Part shown: piece by piece, positions 63,572 through 64,000 of the stretch | Position numbering within the stretch: position 1 is the stretch's first letter | Layout: each line of letters starts with the position of its first letter | Assembly: GCA_043228905.1 (NCBI GenBank) | Contig: JBHGNT010000022.1 | Span: forward strand, 11,408,001 to 11,472,000 | Source: Azolla caroliniana | Taxonomy: Eukaryota; Plantae; Polypodiophyta | Direction of reading: 5' to 3' | DNA length: 64,000 nt | Translations under genes and position numbers: made by a program | Notes under the pieces: model-generated | What the model saw: only the letters and a program-made list of their open reading frames with translations | Told to the model about the DNA's origin: nothing | The model's database searches: none

Positions 63572-63652
63572 TGATGAGAGTGGGATTTGAACCCACGCCC
63601 TTCCGGACTAGAACCTTAATCTAGCGCCTTAGACCAACTCGGCCACCTCATC
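63572..63652 (-). tRNA. trnL-AAG: tRNA-Leu(AAG), one change in the variable loop
   Basis: Consensus except CCGGAAGG in place of CCGAAAGG. Confidence 0.82.
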
Positions 63653-64000
63653 AACCCTCAAGTTGTATTTTGGGATATTTCTCAATGAAGTCTTTGCATG
63701 TTCGTGGATGATTTTAGCAGAGGATTTTACCCTAGACTGTGAGCCCTCGATGATGACAGTGGTATTTAAACCCACGTCGTTTCAGACTAGAACCTTAATC
63801 TAGCGCCTTAGACCATTCAGACTAGAACCTTAATCTAGCGCTATGAGCCCTCGATGATGACAGTGGTATTTAAACGCACGTCGTTTCAGACTAGAACCTT
63901 AATCTAGCGCCTTAGACCATTCAGACTAGAACCTTAATCTAGCGTCTTAGACCAACTCTGCCATCTCATCAACCCTTGTGTGAATGATAATAGGCAATTC

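Larger units (their letters stand above)
60591..64000 (-). repeat. tRNA-Leu(AAG) tandem array, about 20 units, running off the window end
   Basis: Same unit; the first ~14 units belong to the duplication; local rearrangement at ~63780-63950. Confidence 0.96.

Noticed and set aside
52356-64000. CRISPR-like repeat-spacer appearance
   Set aside because: The repeat is an 81-nt tRNA, spacers are homologous to each other, the context is eukaryotic and no cas genes are present.

Overview
Eukaryotic repeat-rich DNA, most likely from a non-seed land plant (inferred from the retrotransposon types). No host protein-coding gene is recognisable. The backbone is a tandem array of tRNA-Leu(AAG) genes and pseudogenes on the minus strand, unit ~165-180 bp, at ~930-2072, 52356-54621 and 60591-64000. 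An Athila-like Ty3/gypsy element (A, 2073-52355) inserted into one tRNA copy and seeded a nest up to four levels deep. The nest holds a second Athila-like element (B), four elements of a tRNA-Trp-primed gypsy family with 4-bp TSDs (C, D, I and the gag-only H), a solo-LTR-like insert (F) and two Ty1/copia elements (E, G). An ~8.2 kb tandem duplication with templated filler at its junction copies 46436-54621. The most notable observation is that A and B lack a polypurine tract. In its place both carry a conserved ~40-nt sense-strand copy of a tRNA-Arg T-arm/acceptor/CCA end with a covarying hairpin insert, which suggests an unusual priming mechanism. Other observations: CpG-centred (RCGN) target sites for the 4-bp-TSD family, a -1 frameshift after protease, a conserved ~1000-aa unknown 3' ORF, and higher-order structure in the tRNA array. 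All of this was read by eye; no searches or alignments were run.
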